A stretch of 57,590 bases of DNA from Pseudomonadota bacterium (GTDB taxonomy: Bacteria; Pseudomonadota; Gammaproteobacteria; Ga0077536), in NCBI GenBank assembly GCA_027618655.1, contig JAQCEL010000004.1, forward strand, positions 1 through 57,590, written 5' to 3'. The notes below the pieces were generated by a model. That model made no database searches. It worked only from the letters and a program-made list of their open reading frames with translations, and was not told the DNA's origin. Positions 18,028 to 27,101 of this stretch are shown piece by piece. The position numbers were made by a program, and so were the translations under genes. Numbering within the stretch: position 1 is the stretch's first letter; each line of letters opens with the position of its first letter.

Positions 18028-18930
18028 TTACGGAATTGGCTTGCCCGAATCGCGCCACTGAACCGCAGACTTAAACCCATGAGCCTGGGATTGGCGACGG
18101 AACCACATTCCCTCGGGGTTATGACGGGTGATGCCATCGAACAACGTCGCCATGGTTTGGCTCGCCAGTAATCCTTGCCGCTCAATAGATTCGTTAACGA
18201 TCATTTTTTGCATCATCAACATACCGCTCGGCACCGCACTGATGCTCGTAGCGAGCGCGTCGACGGCCGCATCGAGTTGCGCACGCGCGACTGTTTCGCT
18301 TACCAATCCCCAGCGCTCCGCCTTAACGCCGTCGACTAATTCGCCTGTCAAAACCATACGTTTGGCGCGCTCGGGCCCTAGTCGGTACGTCCAATGCGCC
18401 GTCGTTGGGCACCCCCAGACTCGAGTTGGCATATAGCCAATGCGGGCGGTGTCCTCCATGACGATGAGATCACAACAGAGTGCTATATCCGATCCTCCGG
18501 CGATCGCGTACTTGTGAATCCGTGCAATTGTCGGTTTGTGTGAATGCCACAGACTCATGAAGTCGTCTGTGTGCTGACGCATCGTTCGGTAATCGATCAT
18601 CGGATCCCACGGCACGGATTCTTGTTGACAAGGGTGGTCGTGACCAGTGGCGGTGAAAAGCCCGATATCGTATCCCGCACAAAATGCCGCCCCAGCACCT
18701 TGCACAACAATCACATGAATCGCGTCGCAATGATTTGCGAATTCCACGGCCCGGCGAATTTCCCCGGGCATCTCGCTGGTGATTGCGTTCAGTCGTTCGG
18801 GTCGATTGAGCGTCAGTCTCGCGATCCTGGAGTTTTGCTTATCCTGAGTTAGGGTTAACGTTTGTAATTCGTCATGCGGAATTAGTGCGCGTCCTGCGTA
18901 AGGATCGATTTCTACGGTGTTCGCCATCAC
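18028..18930 (-). CDS. Crotonase/enoyl-CoA hydratase family protein
   Basis: [46 protein letters not shown]. Confidence 0.9.
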   Translation of the reverse strand: MMANTVEIDPYAGRALIPHDELQTLTLTQDKQNSRIARLTLNRPERLNAITSEMPGEIRRAVEFANHCDAIHVIVVQGAGAAFCAGYDIGLFTATGHDHPCQQESVPWDPMIDYRTMRQHTDDFMSLWHSHKPTIARIHKYAIAGGSDIALCCDLIVMEDTARIGYMPTRVWGCPTTAHWTYRLGPERAKRMVLTGELVDGVKAERWGLVSETVARAQLDAAVDALATSISAVPSGMLMMQKMIVNESIERQGLLASQTMATLFDGITRHNPEGMWFRRQSQAHGFKSAVQWRDSGKPIP

Positions 18931-19059
18931 GACATCACTCCAATTAAGTTTTTCGACATGCGTCTTAAGAATTTAGATTCGAAGTCAAGAATCGGAGTGC
19001 TAGGTGCATGTTCGGAGCCGGATAATTCATGACACCAACCTGTATTACGGAATGTCATT

Positions 19060-19167
19060 ATGAAAAATTCAGCTTGCGAGATTCTTGTCGCGACCGTGAC
19101 CGTGACGCTTTGGATCTATCTAGTCTTGGAGATCGCAACAAAGCTCACTTATCCCTCTTTAGTGTAA
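19060..19167 (+). CDS. Possible 35-aa small membrane peptide
   Basis: ATG to TAA reading MKNSACEILVATVTVTLWIYLVLEIATKLTYPSLV; one hydrophobic stretch; sits inside a 305-nt gap; weak RBS. Confidence 0.3.
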   Translation: MKNSACEILVATVTVTLWIYLVLEIATKLTYPSLV

Positions 19168-19235
19168 CTTAATGCTGCTAGCGGTTGCGGCCCTTTCATC
19201 GAGGGCTGCACGCGTAGGTGATGACTATTTTATTT

Positions 19236-20114
19236 TTACAGCAGTGCCTCAACTGGTCCTTCACCCATCACTGTGGTGCGATGTGCGCGTCGAATTTCGC
19301 GCTCTGGGACGACGGTTGCGCGATGCAAGGTACAGCGGTTGTCCCACATCACCAAGTCGTTGGTTATCCATTCGTGACTGTAGACGAATTCGGGTCGCGT
19401 GCACCAGCGGATGAGTTCTTCCGCCAAATGCCGACCAGCTTCGACTGGCATACCGTTGATCGATTCAATGTGGCCGCTGACGAAGAGACTCGGTTGGCCC
19501 GAACCCGGATGAATTCTTAGAATTGGATGAGTGGATGGAGGCAATGCATCGAGTTCTGCCTGCGGAACATTCCCGTCACCGGTTAGCTGGAGTGAATAAG
19601 CGTAGTGATGCACGGCCATCAAGCCACGCAAGGCTGCGCGGCGCTCGACCGCTATTTCATCATAGCCCACTCGCATAGAGGCAAAATCCGTGTCGGCCCG
19701 TTCGTGTATCGGGATCTCTCTACCCGACAATATCGAGGCCATAGCAGGAATGGGCTTAAATGAGCTATCCGTGTGCCAGCGTGCGTTCACGTTGAGAAAA
19801 GTTCGCTTCTTAGCATCGGATTTAAGAATTTGTCCGTGCTCGTCGATGTTCGACAACTCGTAGACATAGGGGTTTTTCGCGGCAAGCGAAAAGCTGATCT
19901 TCTCAAGTTCGTGAAAGCGTTGACTAAACGCGACTTGTTGATCGTCGTTGATGGCCTGATTTCGAAACAGCAACACAGAATATTCATTGAACGCGCGCAC
20001 AATGAGTTCGAAAACTTCGGCGCTAAGACTTTGCGCCAAATCGACGCCGCGAATTTCGGCGCCAAGCCGCGGATGAAGTTTGTGTACTGTGATTGCGTTG
20101 GGACTATTGGTCAC
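19236..20114 (-). CDS. Fe(II)/2-oxoglutarate dioxygenase, TauD/TfdA family (TfdA/SdpA-like)
   Basis: GAEIRGVDL, LSNID, NARWHTDSSF, DLVMWDNRCTLHRA, RTT. Confidence 0.9.
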   Translation of the reverse strand: MTNSPNAITVHKLHPRLGAEIRGVDLAQSLSAEVFELIVRAFNEYSVLLFRNQAINDDQQVAFSQRFHELEKISFSLAAKNPYVYELSNIDEHGQILKSDAKKRTFLNVNARWHTDSSFKPIPAMASILSGREIPIHERADTDFASMRVGYDEIAVERRAALRGLMAVHHYAYSLQLTGDGNVPQAELDALPPSTHPILRIHPGSGQPSLFVSGHIESINGMPVEAGRHLAEELIRWCTRPEFVYSHEWITNDLVMWDNRCTLHRATVVPEREIRRAHRTTVMGEGPVEALL

Positions 20115-20151
20115 TTGGAATTTCCTTGGCCTTGCGCATTCTCCGAAATAG

Positions 20152-21090
20152 TTAAATGGGCTCCACCGTGTAGCCGATCTTAGGGAAGTGGACTGCCACG
20201 GTCCCTACCCTCGGATCTTCCCTATAAATAGTCACACTCGAGACAGTCGTTCCGACTAAGGTCCCCGTGATTTGAGCTTCCGCGTAATCTGCCGGTGAAA
20301 CGCATACCTTGGTTCCTGCTTCGATGCCAATCGGATCACGAGGATCAATACCCGTGGCAGGTAAGGGTTCGGCGGCCTCTGCTATATCAAGTGCGCGTGA
20401 GGGTTCCATCTCGCTGCGTGTTCCCTGACCGATTGCTGCCAGACGGTCTAGCCATAGACCAATGCTAGGAAGATGTTTGTACGCGCGTTCGGCTTCGGTG
20501 GGCGCAAATCGGATCAAAAACCAGGGGTCCCACATCGCGTGGATATCTGCCCATCCGGGTCGCTCGCCGGTCAGAAACGGGCGGCCGTCCGCGAGCTGTT
20601 GGCGGATAAAATCCGTATGTGCGTCGAGTTGCGCGCGGTAACCAGCAAGCCGCGGTCCTAAGGTGTCTGTGTCGAACTGCGTTTGCCACATTTTTTTCCG
20701 GTCTTCGTGAAAATGGGCGGGCAAATCTAAGCTTCCGGCAAACGGATCGTCGGCTCCCATATAGATAGCGACCGAAGCCACCACGTAAGGCCCATTTGCC
20801 CAACTGCCGAGCGCCATGGCGAGCCCCGGATTGCCATCTGGGAAAATAGACGGTTCCGGATATTGGCGTTCAAGTAATGTGGCGATAAGTTGCGTATCGC
20901 AGTAAATGTCTGCGCCAATTTGAAACACCGGGGTCCTGCGGTATCCCCCAGTCAACGGGGTTAGATTCGGTTTTGGCATTGCCGAAGGGACGATGACGGA
21001 GCGCCAGCTCAGGTTTTTGATACCGAATACGAGCCTTATTTTCTCGGCAAACGGTGCCTCGTCGTAATGATGCAAAATAAGTTCTGGCAC
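20152..21090 (-). CDS. Glutathione S-transferase family protein (long form)
   Basis: LILHHY..PFAEKIRL, MPKP.L..LTGGYRRTPVFQIGADIYCDT, VHFPKIGY; GTG start after AAGGA. Confidence 0.88.
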   Translation of the reverse strand: MPELILHHYDEAPFAEKIRLVFGIKNLSWRSVIVPSAMPKPNLTPLTGGYRRTPVFQIGADIYCDTQLIATLLERQYPEPSIFPDGNPGLAMALGSWANGPYVVASVAIYMGADDPFAGSLDLPAHFHEDRKKMWQTQFDTDTLGPRLAGYRAQLDAHTDFIRQQLADGRPFLTGERPGWADIHAMWDPWFLIRFAPTEAERAYKHLPSIGLWLDRLAAIGQGTRSEMEPSRALDIAEAAEPLPATGIDPRDPIGIEAGTKVCVSPADYAEAQITGTLVGTTVSSVTIYREDPRVGTVAVHFPKIGYTVEPI

Positions 21091-21313
21091 TACGCGTCGT
21101 CCTTTAATGGTCTTGCCATGGGACCAAAACGTTAACATAGATTAGGATAGCAGCTGAAGCGGATTCCGTTAACCGAACAAGACTAAAGCATTTGCCGCTG
21201 ACCAGAATTTTAAGACAGCAAATGAAATACAAACCCCAGCTGATGCTAGGCTAAAGAAGCTTCGCGCGGATACTCGCTTCGAATTGCTAATGGCGAGAGA
21301 ACGAGGATAGACG

Positions 21314-22522
21314 ATGACTCAGGTCCATCGGCGTCGTTTCCTGCGACGCGCACGTGATATTGCTGGCGCAGTTGTAAGCGCGGTGCTTGCGCCACGCGCG
21401 GCCGCGGCGATCGAGACAACGAAATATCAAGGCGCGCCCACCCGTGAGTACGGATCGAGGTCGCGATTTGAGACGCTGAAGCGTTGGGTGATGCCCACTC
21501 GTTATCCGTCGAGTTCCGCGTCATGGACGCCGCTCGGCGATCTGGATGGGATAATTACGCCGTCAGCGCTGCACTACGAACGCCACCACGCGGGCGTGCC
21601 CGATTTGGACCCGGCAACTCATCAACTCACAATTCATGGCTTGGTCGATCGGCCGCTTGAATTTTCGATGAAAGATCTGCGGCGCTTTCCCGCCGTTCAT
21701 CGCATTTGTTTTCTTGAATGTTCGGGTAACGGTTCTCAGGAATATCGTGGTCCGACCAGCGAGAATGTGCAACAAACTCACGGCCTAACGTCGTGTGCAG
21801 ATTGGGGTGGGGTGGCACTGAAAACGGTGTTGAACGAAGCGGGAATTCGTTCGGACGCGAGTTGGGTCGTCGCCGAGGGCGCGGATGGTGCAGCTATGAC
21901 GCGGAGTATCCCGCTCGCAAAATGTATGGACGATGTCATCCTTGCCTACGCACAAAATGGCGAGGCGTTACGGCCAGAACAAGGTTACCCCGTGAGATTG
22001 TTGGTGCCGGGATTCGAAGGCAGCATTAGCGTTAAATGGTTACGTCGTTTAAAGCTAACCGCATCGGCGTATTACACGCGCGAAGAAACATCCAAATACA
22101 CTGATCTGATGGCGGACGGCCGCGCTCGCGGATTCACTTTTGTGATGGAAGCGAAGTCGGTGATTACCTCTCCGTCCGCTGGCCAAGAATTATCAGGGCC
22201 CGGGTATTATGAAATTCGCGGTCTCGCATGGTCGGGTCGCGGCAAGATTAGTCGAGTAGATGTGAGCGTCGATGGGGGCGAAAGTTGGCGACAAGCGACC
22301 ATTCACGGCCCAGTGCTGCCGATTTGCCACACGCGATTTTCACTTGATTGGCAATGGGACGGCAGCACCAGCACCTTGCTGAGTCGGTGCGTCGACGATA
22401 CGGGTTATACGCAACCGAGTCGCCGACAGCTGGTTCAACAACGCGGTGAAAATAGCTTTTATCACTACAACGCAATTCAGGCCTGGCGGGTAGACTCAGC
22501 TGGAGTGGTGCACAATGCGTGA
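21314..22522 (+). CDS. soxC: SoxC-like molybdopterin sulfite/sulfane dehydrogenase
   Basis: Tat motif HRRRFL, GIITPSALHYERHHAG, FLECSGNG (Mo-ligand Cys), QNGEALRPEQGYPVRL, VKWLRR, TREETSKYTDL, YHYNAIQ. Confidence 0.92.
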   Translation: MTQVHRRRFLRRARDIAGAVVSAVLAPRAAAAIETTKYQGAPTREYGSRSRFETLKRWVMPTRYPSSSASWTPLGDLDGIITPSALHYERHHAGVPDLDPATHQLTIHGLVDRPLEFSMKDLRRFPAVHRICFLECSGNGSQEYRGPTSENVQQTHGLTSCADWGGVALKTVLNEAGIRSDASWVVAEGADGAAMTRSIPLAKCMDDVILAYAQNGEALRPEQGYPVRLLVPGFEGSISVKWLRRLKLTASAYYTREETSKYTDLMADGRARGFTFVMEAKSVITSPSAGQELSGPGYYEIRGLAWSGRGKISRVDVSVDGGESWRQATIHGPVLPICHTRFSLDWQWDGSTSTLLSRCVDDTGYTQPSRRQLVQQRGENSFYHYNAIQAWRVDSAGVVHNA

Positions 22523-23120
22523 CCCGGCCGAGTCGCTGGTGGGACTAATCTCTAGTGTGCGCCGATCCGCCAATCACTTTCTCCGATCCGGCGCACTGCT
22601 GATTTTGCTCTCCATCGCGCAGAGCAGTACGGCAGATGAGAACGCGCGTCCTCGCTATGCGATCGGACATTTAGCAAGTCCCGATCGCGTGGCTAAATTG
22701 GACATCGCCATCGGCCCTCAAGGCGACGAGTTACCTATCGGTCGCGGTACCGTCCCACAAGGTCGCGAACTGTATCGTGAACACTGCGCAATTTGTCATG
22801 GCGAGGACGGCACGCAAGGACCTGATCCAAAGCTAGTGGGTGGTCATGGCAGTTTGGCTACGGCTAAGCCAATCCAGACGATTGGCAGTTATTGGCCCTA
22901 TGCGACTACCTTATATGATTATATTAATCGCGCCATGCCGTTCTATACGCCGGGTTCGTTGCTGCCCGACGAGGTTTATGCGTTATGCGCTTATTTGCTC
23001 AACGCCAATGGCATCATTGCTGATGACACGGTGATCGATCGAACTAGCCTAGTGGCGATACGCATGCCGAACAGAGATGGGTTTATCCCAGATCCCAGAC
23101 CCGAACAGCCACACGAATAG
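22515..23120 (+). CDS. soxD: SoxD-like monohaem cytochrome c
   Basis: Single CAICH, TIGSYWPYATTLYDYINRAMP, MPNRDGF; overlaps the soxC stop. Confidence 0.88.
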   Translation: MRDPAESLVGLISSVRRSANHFLRSGALLILLSIAQSSTADENARPRYAIGHLASPDRVAKLDIAIGPQGDELPIGRGTVPQGRELYREHCAICHGEDGTQGPDPKLVGGHGSLATAKPIQTIGSYWPYATTLYDYINRAMPFYTPGSLLPDEVYALCAYLLNANGIIADDTVIDRTSLVAIRMPNRDGFIPDPRPEQPHE

Positions 23121-23212
23121 CGTTACCCTAGGGCGGGAGGGACTCGTTGCGCCTAGCGGTGGTTTAGTCGACGGCCCGCAGACTCGAAACACGCATATAG
23201 AGGGGTTGCCTT

Positions 23213-24226
23213 ATGAGAAAAATGAATCGTTTAATGATGTGGGTCGTCTTGGCGTTCATCTGCGCGGCGTCGAACGTTTTAGCGCACGGCGGTCACGGCG
23301 GCAGCGCCCAACTTCAAAAGCATAACAATGATCGAACGATTGCCGCACAGGCATACGGTGGGCTTCATGAGGACAAAGGTGAAGTCACGATATCGTTCTA
23401 CGGCAACATCGCATTCGAAATTATCTCGCCGCGCGGCGTGAAAATGTTTATCGACCCTTGGCGGAACGACATCACTGGCATGTTCCCGCCTTGGTACGTC
23501 CGTGATATGCCGATGGTTCGCACCGACATTGGCATGGTCACCCATGCGCATTTCGATCACGATGCTGTCGATCGCTTAGAAGCAGATATGGTGTTGGAAC
23601 GGATGGCCGGAAAATTTAAATTAGCCGATGTGCTCATTACCGGCATCGCGGAGAAACATGTGTGTGAAACACAAGGGGAAATCGTCTATCGCCAGCTCGT
23701 CATCGACTTTATCGACCAGGATCGTTGCCCACCGAATGAAACCTTGCAGTGGGATAACAGTATGTATCTCATTGAGACGGGCGGCTTACGCATATTGCAT
23801 TGGGGCGACAATCGGCAAAATCCACCCGAGCGCGTTTGGGAAATGATCGGTGACGTTGATATCGCGATTTTAGCGATCAGTGATGACGGACATATATTGA
23901 GTCAGAAGTGGGCCGATATTGTCATGGAGAAAACGAAGGCGAACATCGTTATCCCTGGACATTATTTTGTCAAAGGCGTGAACATTCCTGAGGCTTACGG
24001 TCTCGAGTCCGCTGCGCAGTGGACCGCGAAACACGAGCACACCTTACTCGAGTCGGGCACGATCACTTTGCGTCCCGAGGACGTAAAAAAGTACGATCAA
24101 CATGTGATGTATTTTGGCGATCACGTCGCACACCCAACCGGCGGTAGCCTGCCGAGAAATAAACTGGGTAGTTTGCCAAACGTGCCCGAACCCGTCGGTG
24201 CATGGAAGCGATTCGCACCTAAATAG
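23213..24226 (+). CDS. Exported metallo-beta-lactamase-fold hydrolase
   Basis: Signal peptide ending NVLA; IDPW, THAHFDHD, HWGD, IPGHY. Confidence 0.85.
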   Translation: MRKMNRLMMWVVLAFICAASNVLAHGGHGGSAQLQKHNNDRTIAAQAYGGLHEDKGEVTISFYGNIAFEIISPRGVKMFIDPWRNDITGMFPPWYVRDMPMVRTDIGMVTHAHFDHDAVDRLEADMVLERMAGKFKLADVLITGIAEKHVCETQGEIVYRQLVIDFIDQDRCPPNETLQWDNSMYLIETGGLRILHWGDNRQNPPERVWEMIGDVDIAILAISDDGHILSQKWADIVMEKTKANIVIPGHYFVKGVNIPEAYGLESAAQWTAKHEHTLLESGTITLRPEDVKKYDQHVMYFGDHVAHPTGGSLPRNKLGSLPNVPEPVGAWKRFAPK

Positions 24227-24246
24227 CCATTGTTGTGCAGTTGGAC

Positions 24247-25494
24247 ATGCCATCTCAGTCACTAGCGAGCGCTGACCGTTCGTATCTGATCTGGCTGCTC
24301 GCGTTCATCTGCTTTATGACTTTATTTGAGGGTTACGATCTCCTCATCATCAATCTTGCGCTTCCGTATTTAGGCACGGAATTTGGTGTCGATTCGCAAA
24401 CGCTAGGCAGCGCCGTCGGTTTGATCAATGTCGGGACTATCCTTGCGTTTATTCCCGTCAGACTTGCCGATCGATATGGACGTCGACCCGTTTTTCTGTG
24501 TGCCGTGTTGGGGTACACGATGTTCACTTTGCTCAGCGCATCATCGTTCGGTTTATACGACTTCGTCGCCTACCAATTTTTCGCGCGCATGTTCATGGTT
24601 ACCGAAATCAGTCTCGCGGCGATCATTTTGACTGAGGAAATGCCGGCTCGCTATCGTGGCATCGCGGTGACGTTAATGTTTTCGTTGAGTCTTTGTGGGG
24701 GAATTCTAGGCTCAGTCATATTTCCGTACTTGGTGGATACCGAGTTGGGTTGGCGAATGCTTTATGTGATTGGCGCGGTCGCAGCCCCCGTATTAATTTT
24801 TTATTGGGCTAAATTGCGCGAGACTCGGCGTTTTGTCGAAGGTGCGATCGAAGAGATCAGTATCCCGATCATGCAAAGCTTCAAAGCGATTAAAACGGTT
24901 TTTCACGCGCGGTTTCGCCGCCGCGCCACCGCTGGCGCGACGATTTGGTTTACGGTAAATGCTTGGAGTTCAAGTTGCCTTTTCTTCTTCTCATACTACG
25001 TCACGAACGAACGTGACTGGGATGCGGGCGCCGTTAGCTATGCGTTAACCTTGGCGTATTCGCTTGCAATTATCGGTTATGCGACGGCGGGTCCCATGCT
25101 TGACTTCGCGGGTCGACGACTGACCGCGACGGTCTATTTTTCAATTGGCGCTATCGCCGCTTACATCTGTTTCTCTGCGCAGTCGGCACCCGTCATAACG
25201 GCTGCTTATGTCGTCGTGCTAGGCATGCATGCGGTGTGGCCGATCGCTGGGACTATTACCAGTGAGATATTTCCAACTGAGATCCGTGCCACCGCGAATG
25301 CGGTCGTGAATCACCTGCTCGGGCGCATTGGAATGGCCCTGGCGCCGGCGGTCGTCGGCGCGTTATCTGCTGTACTTGGGTCGATAGGTCAGGCGGTTGC
25401 GCTGATCAGTCTGATCCCATTCGTTTGTTTGCCTATAATCTGGTTAACCGTTAGAGAAACAAAAGGTCAGGAGCTGGAAGATATCCAGCCGTAA
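24247..25494 (+). CDS. MFS transporter
   Basis: FEGYD, LADRYGRRP, EEMPARYRG, SEIFPTEIRATA, ETKGQELE; about 12 hydrophobic segments. Confidence 0.93.
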   Translation: MPSQSLASADRSYLIWLLAFICFMTLFEGYDLLIINLALPYLGTEFGVDSQTLGSAVGLINVGTILAFIPVRLADRYGRRPVFLCAVLGYTMFTLLSASSFGLYDFVAYQFFARMFMVTEISLAAIILTEEMPARYRGIAVTLMFSLSLCGGILGSVIFPYLVDTELGWRMLYVIGAVAAPVLIFYWAKLRETRRFVEGAIEEISIPIMQSFKAIKTVFHARFRRRATAGATIWFTVNAWSSSCLFFFSYYVTNERDWDAGAVSYALTLAYSLAIIGYATAGPMLDFAGRRLTATVYFSIGAIAAYICFSAQSAPVITAAYVVVLGMHAVWPIAGTITSEIFPTEIRATANAVVNHLLGRIGMALAPAVVGALSAVLGSIGQAVALISLIPFVCLPIIWLTVRETKGQELEDIQP

Positions 25495-25519
25495 AGTGCG
25501 TGCGAGGAGTTTGAATCTT

Positions 25520-26404
25520 ATGAGCCAACAAACAATGAAGGTCCTTCCGCGAACCGTTGCAATCGGCGCTGACGTAGTAAATGTCGATCTTGCAAATGTC
25601 GATGCAGAGACATTTACCCAGATCAAAGCGGCGCTACATACGCATCAAGTACTGTTTTTTCACGAGCAAATGCTCAGCCCGGAAGCGCACATGGCGTTCG
25701 CCAGTCGTTTTGGCGAAATGGAAATCCATGAAGTGTTTACGCCGCTGGAGGACCATCCCGAGATATCAGTGCTGGTGCATGATCGAGATCATCCGCCGAT
25801 CAGCGATTCCTGGCACTCCGACGTCACTTACAGAACGAAACCGTCAATGGCATCCGTGCTATATGCTCGTTCGATCCCTCCGAACGGCGGCGATACCTTG
25901 TGGCTTAGCGCCACGGCAGCGTATAAAAAACTGTCGGAACCGATGAAGCTCATGCTCGAAGGCTTAACCGCTGAACATGATTTTCTACAAGCCTATGGCA
26001 GCTACTTTCGTAAGCAATCTGACGGCGCCGAGCGGCTACGTCGTGCGCAAATAGAAACGCCACTCGTTGAGCATCCGCTGATCGTCGTCCATCCCGTGAC
26101 CAGCGAGCGAGTGCTATATGTTAACCCGACCTTTACGAGCCGAATTGTTGAGTTATCACGTAAGGAATCAGATGCCATATTAAAACTGTTATTCGAGCAT
26201 TTGTTGCAACCCGAATTTCAAGTTCGCCTCAAGTGGCAAGAGAACGATGTTGCGATATGGGATAACCGTGCGACGCAACATTATGCGACGGGCGATTATT
26301 ATCCGCACTATCGACGCATGCATCGAGTGACCGTGGGTGGCGAGCGGCCCGTTGGCGTCAATGCGATGCAACATGCGCCGGCCGCGATCCGAGCGGTGAC
26401 TTAG
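25520..26404 (+). CDS. tauD: Taurine dioxygenase-like Fe(II)/2OG dioxygenase
   Basis: WHSDVTY, GGDTLW, HPVT...LYVNPTFT, WDNRATQHYA, RRMHRVT; GAGGAG RBS. Confidence 0.88.
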   Translation: MSQQTMKVLPRTVAIGADVVNVDLANVDAETFTQIKAALHTHQVLFFHEQMLSPEAHMAFASRFGEMEIHEVFTPLEDHPEISVLVHDRDHPPISDSWHSDVTYRTKPSMASVLYARSIPPNGGDTLWLSATAAYKKLSEPMKLMLEGLTAEHDFLQAYGSYFRKQSDGAERLRRAQIETPLVEHPLIVVHPVTSERVLYVNPTFTSRIVELSRKESDAILKLLFEHLLQPEFQVRLKWQENDVAIWDNRATQHYATGDYYPHYRRMHRVTVGGERPVGVNAMQHAPAAIRAVT

Positions 26405-26473
26405 CATCAGCGCTGGCTGGCGAATTTTGCTAACAGCGCAGCCGGTCTAAATTAACTGTTAAGGACAGCGCAC

Positions 26474-26943
26474 TTGCCCAAGGTTGTTCGATTCCATCGC
26501 GCGGGCGATGCCGACGTATTACAGATCGATGAAATACCCGTGCCTGAAGCTGCGGCTGGGGAAGTCGTTATTAACGTCGAGGCGTTCGGGCCCAATCGCG
26601 CGGAAATCATGTTCCGATCCGGCGAGTATCCACAATATGACTCCGAATTACCGTCGACGATTGGTTACGAAGCGGCAGGTACGGTCGCCTCGATCCTCAG
26701 CCGACAGCGTTTCCGGTCGGACTTGGGCTTGCGAAAGGATTGACTTTGCGCGGCTATTCCGTATTCGAGGTAGCGAACTATCCGGCAATTTTTCAACGCG
26801 CGAAGCAACATGCTTACGAGCGGCTCGAGGATCGATCGTATCAGCCTGTTATTGATCCCGTTTTTGCGTTTGAAGATGTAGCGGATGCCCATCGTCACAT
26901 GGTCTCCAATGAGCAAATGGGCAAAATCGTCGCCGAATTTTAG
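26474..26943 (+). pseudogene. Collapsed MDR/quinone oxidoreductase (zinc-binding dehydrogenase family) pseudogene
   Basis: N-terminal 73 aa (KVVRFH..G..DVL...NRAEIMFRSGEY...GYEAAGTV) joins out of frame near 26690 to the C-terminus LDPQPTAFPVGLGLAKGLTLRGY...AHRHMVSNEQMGKIV; the central nucleotide-binding region is absent. Confidence 0.82.
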
Positions 26944-27101
26944 TCCACAAAAAGGGCCCTGGACGGCCATCAAGCTCCTGAATTGGAATAGACTGACCGT
27001 TGCCAAAACCCGAATCGGGCATTAGCATGCCGTGCCCACTATCATCCTAGACTAGCTGCTAGTTACTCATTAGCAGCCTAATTCCCGGAGTAAATCGAAC
27101 C

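Noticed and set aside
21314-23120. Complete Sox thiosulfate-oxidation pathway
   Set aside because: soxA, soxX, soxY, soxZ and soxB are not in the window
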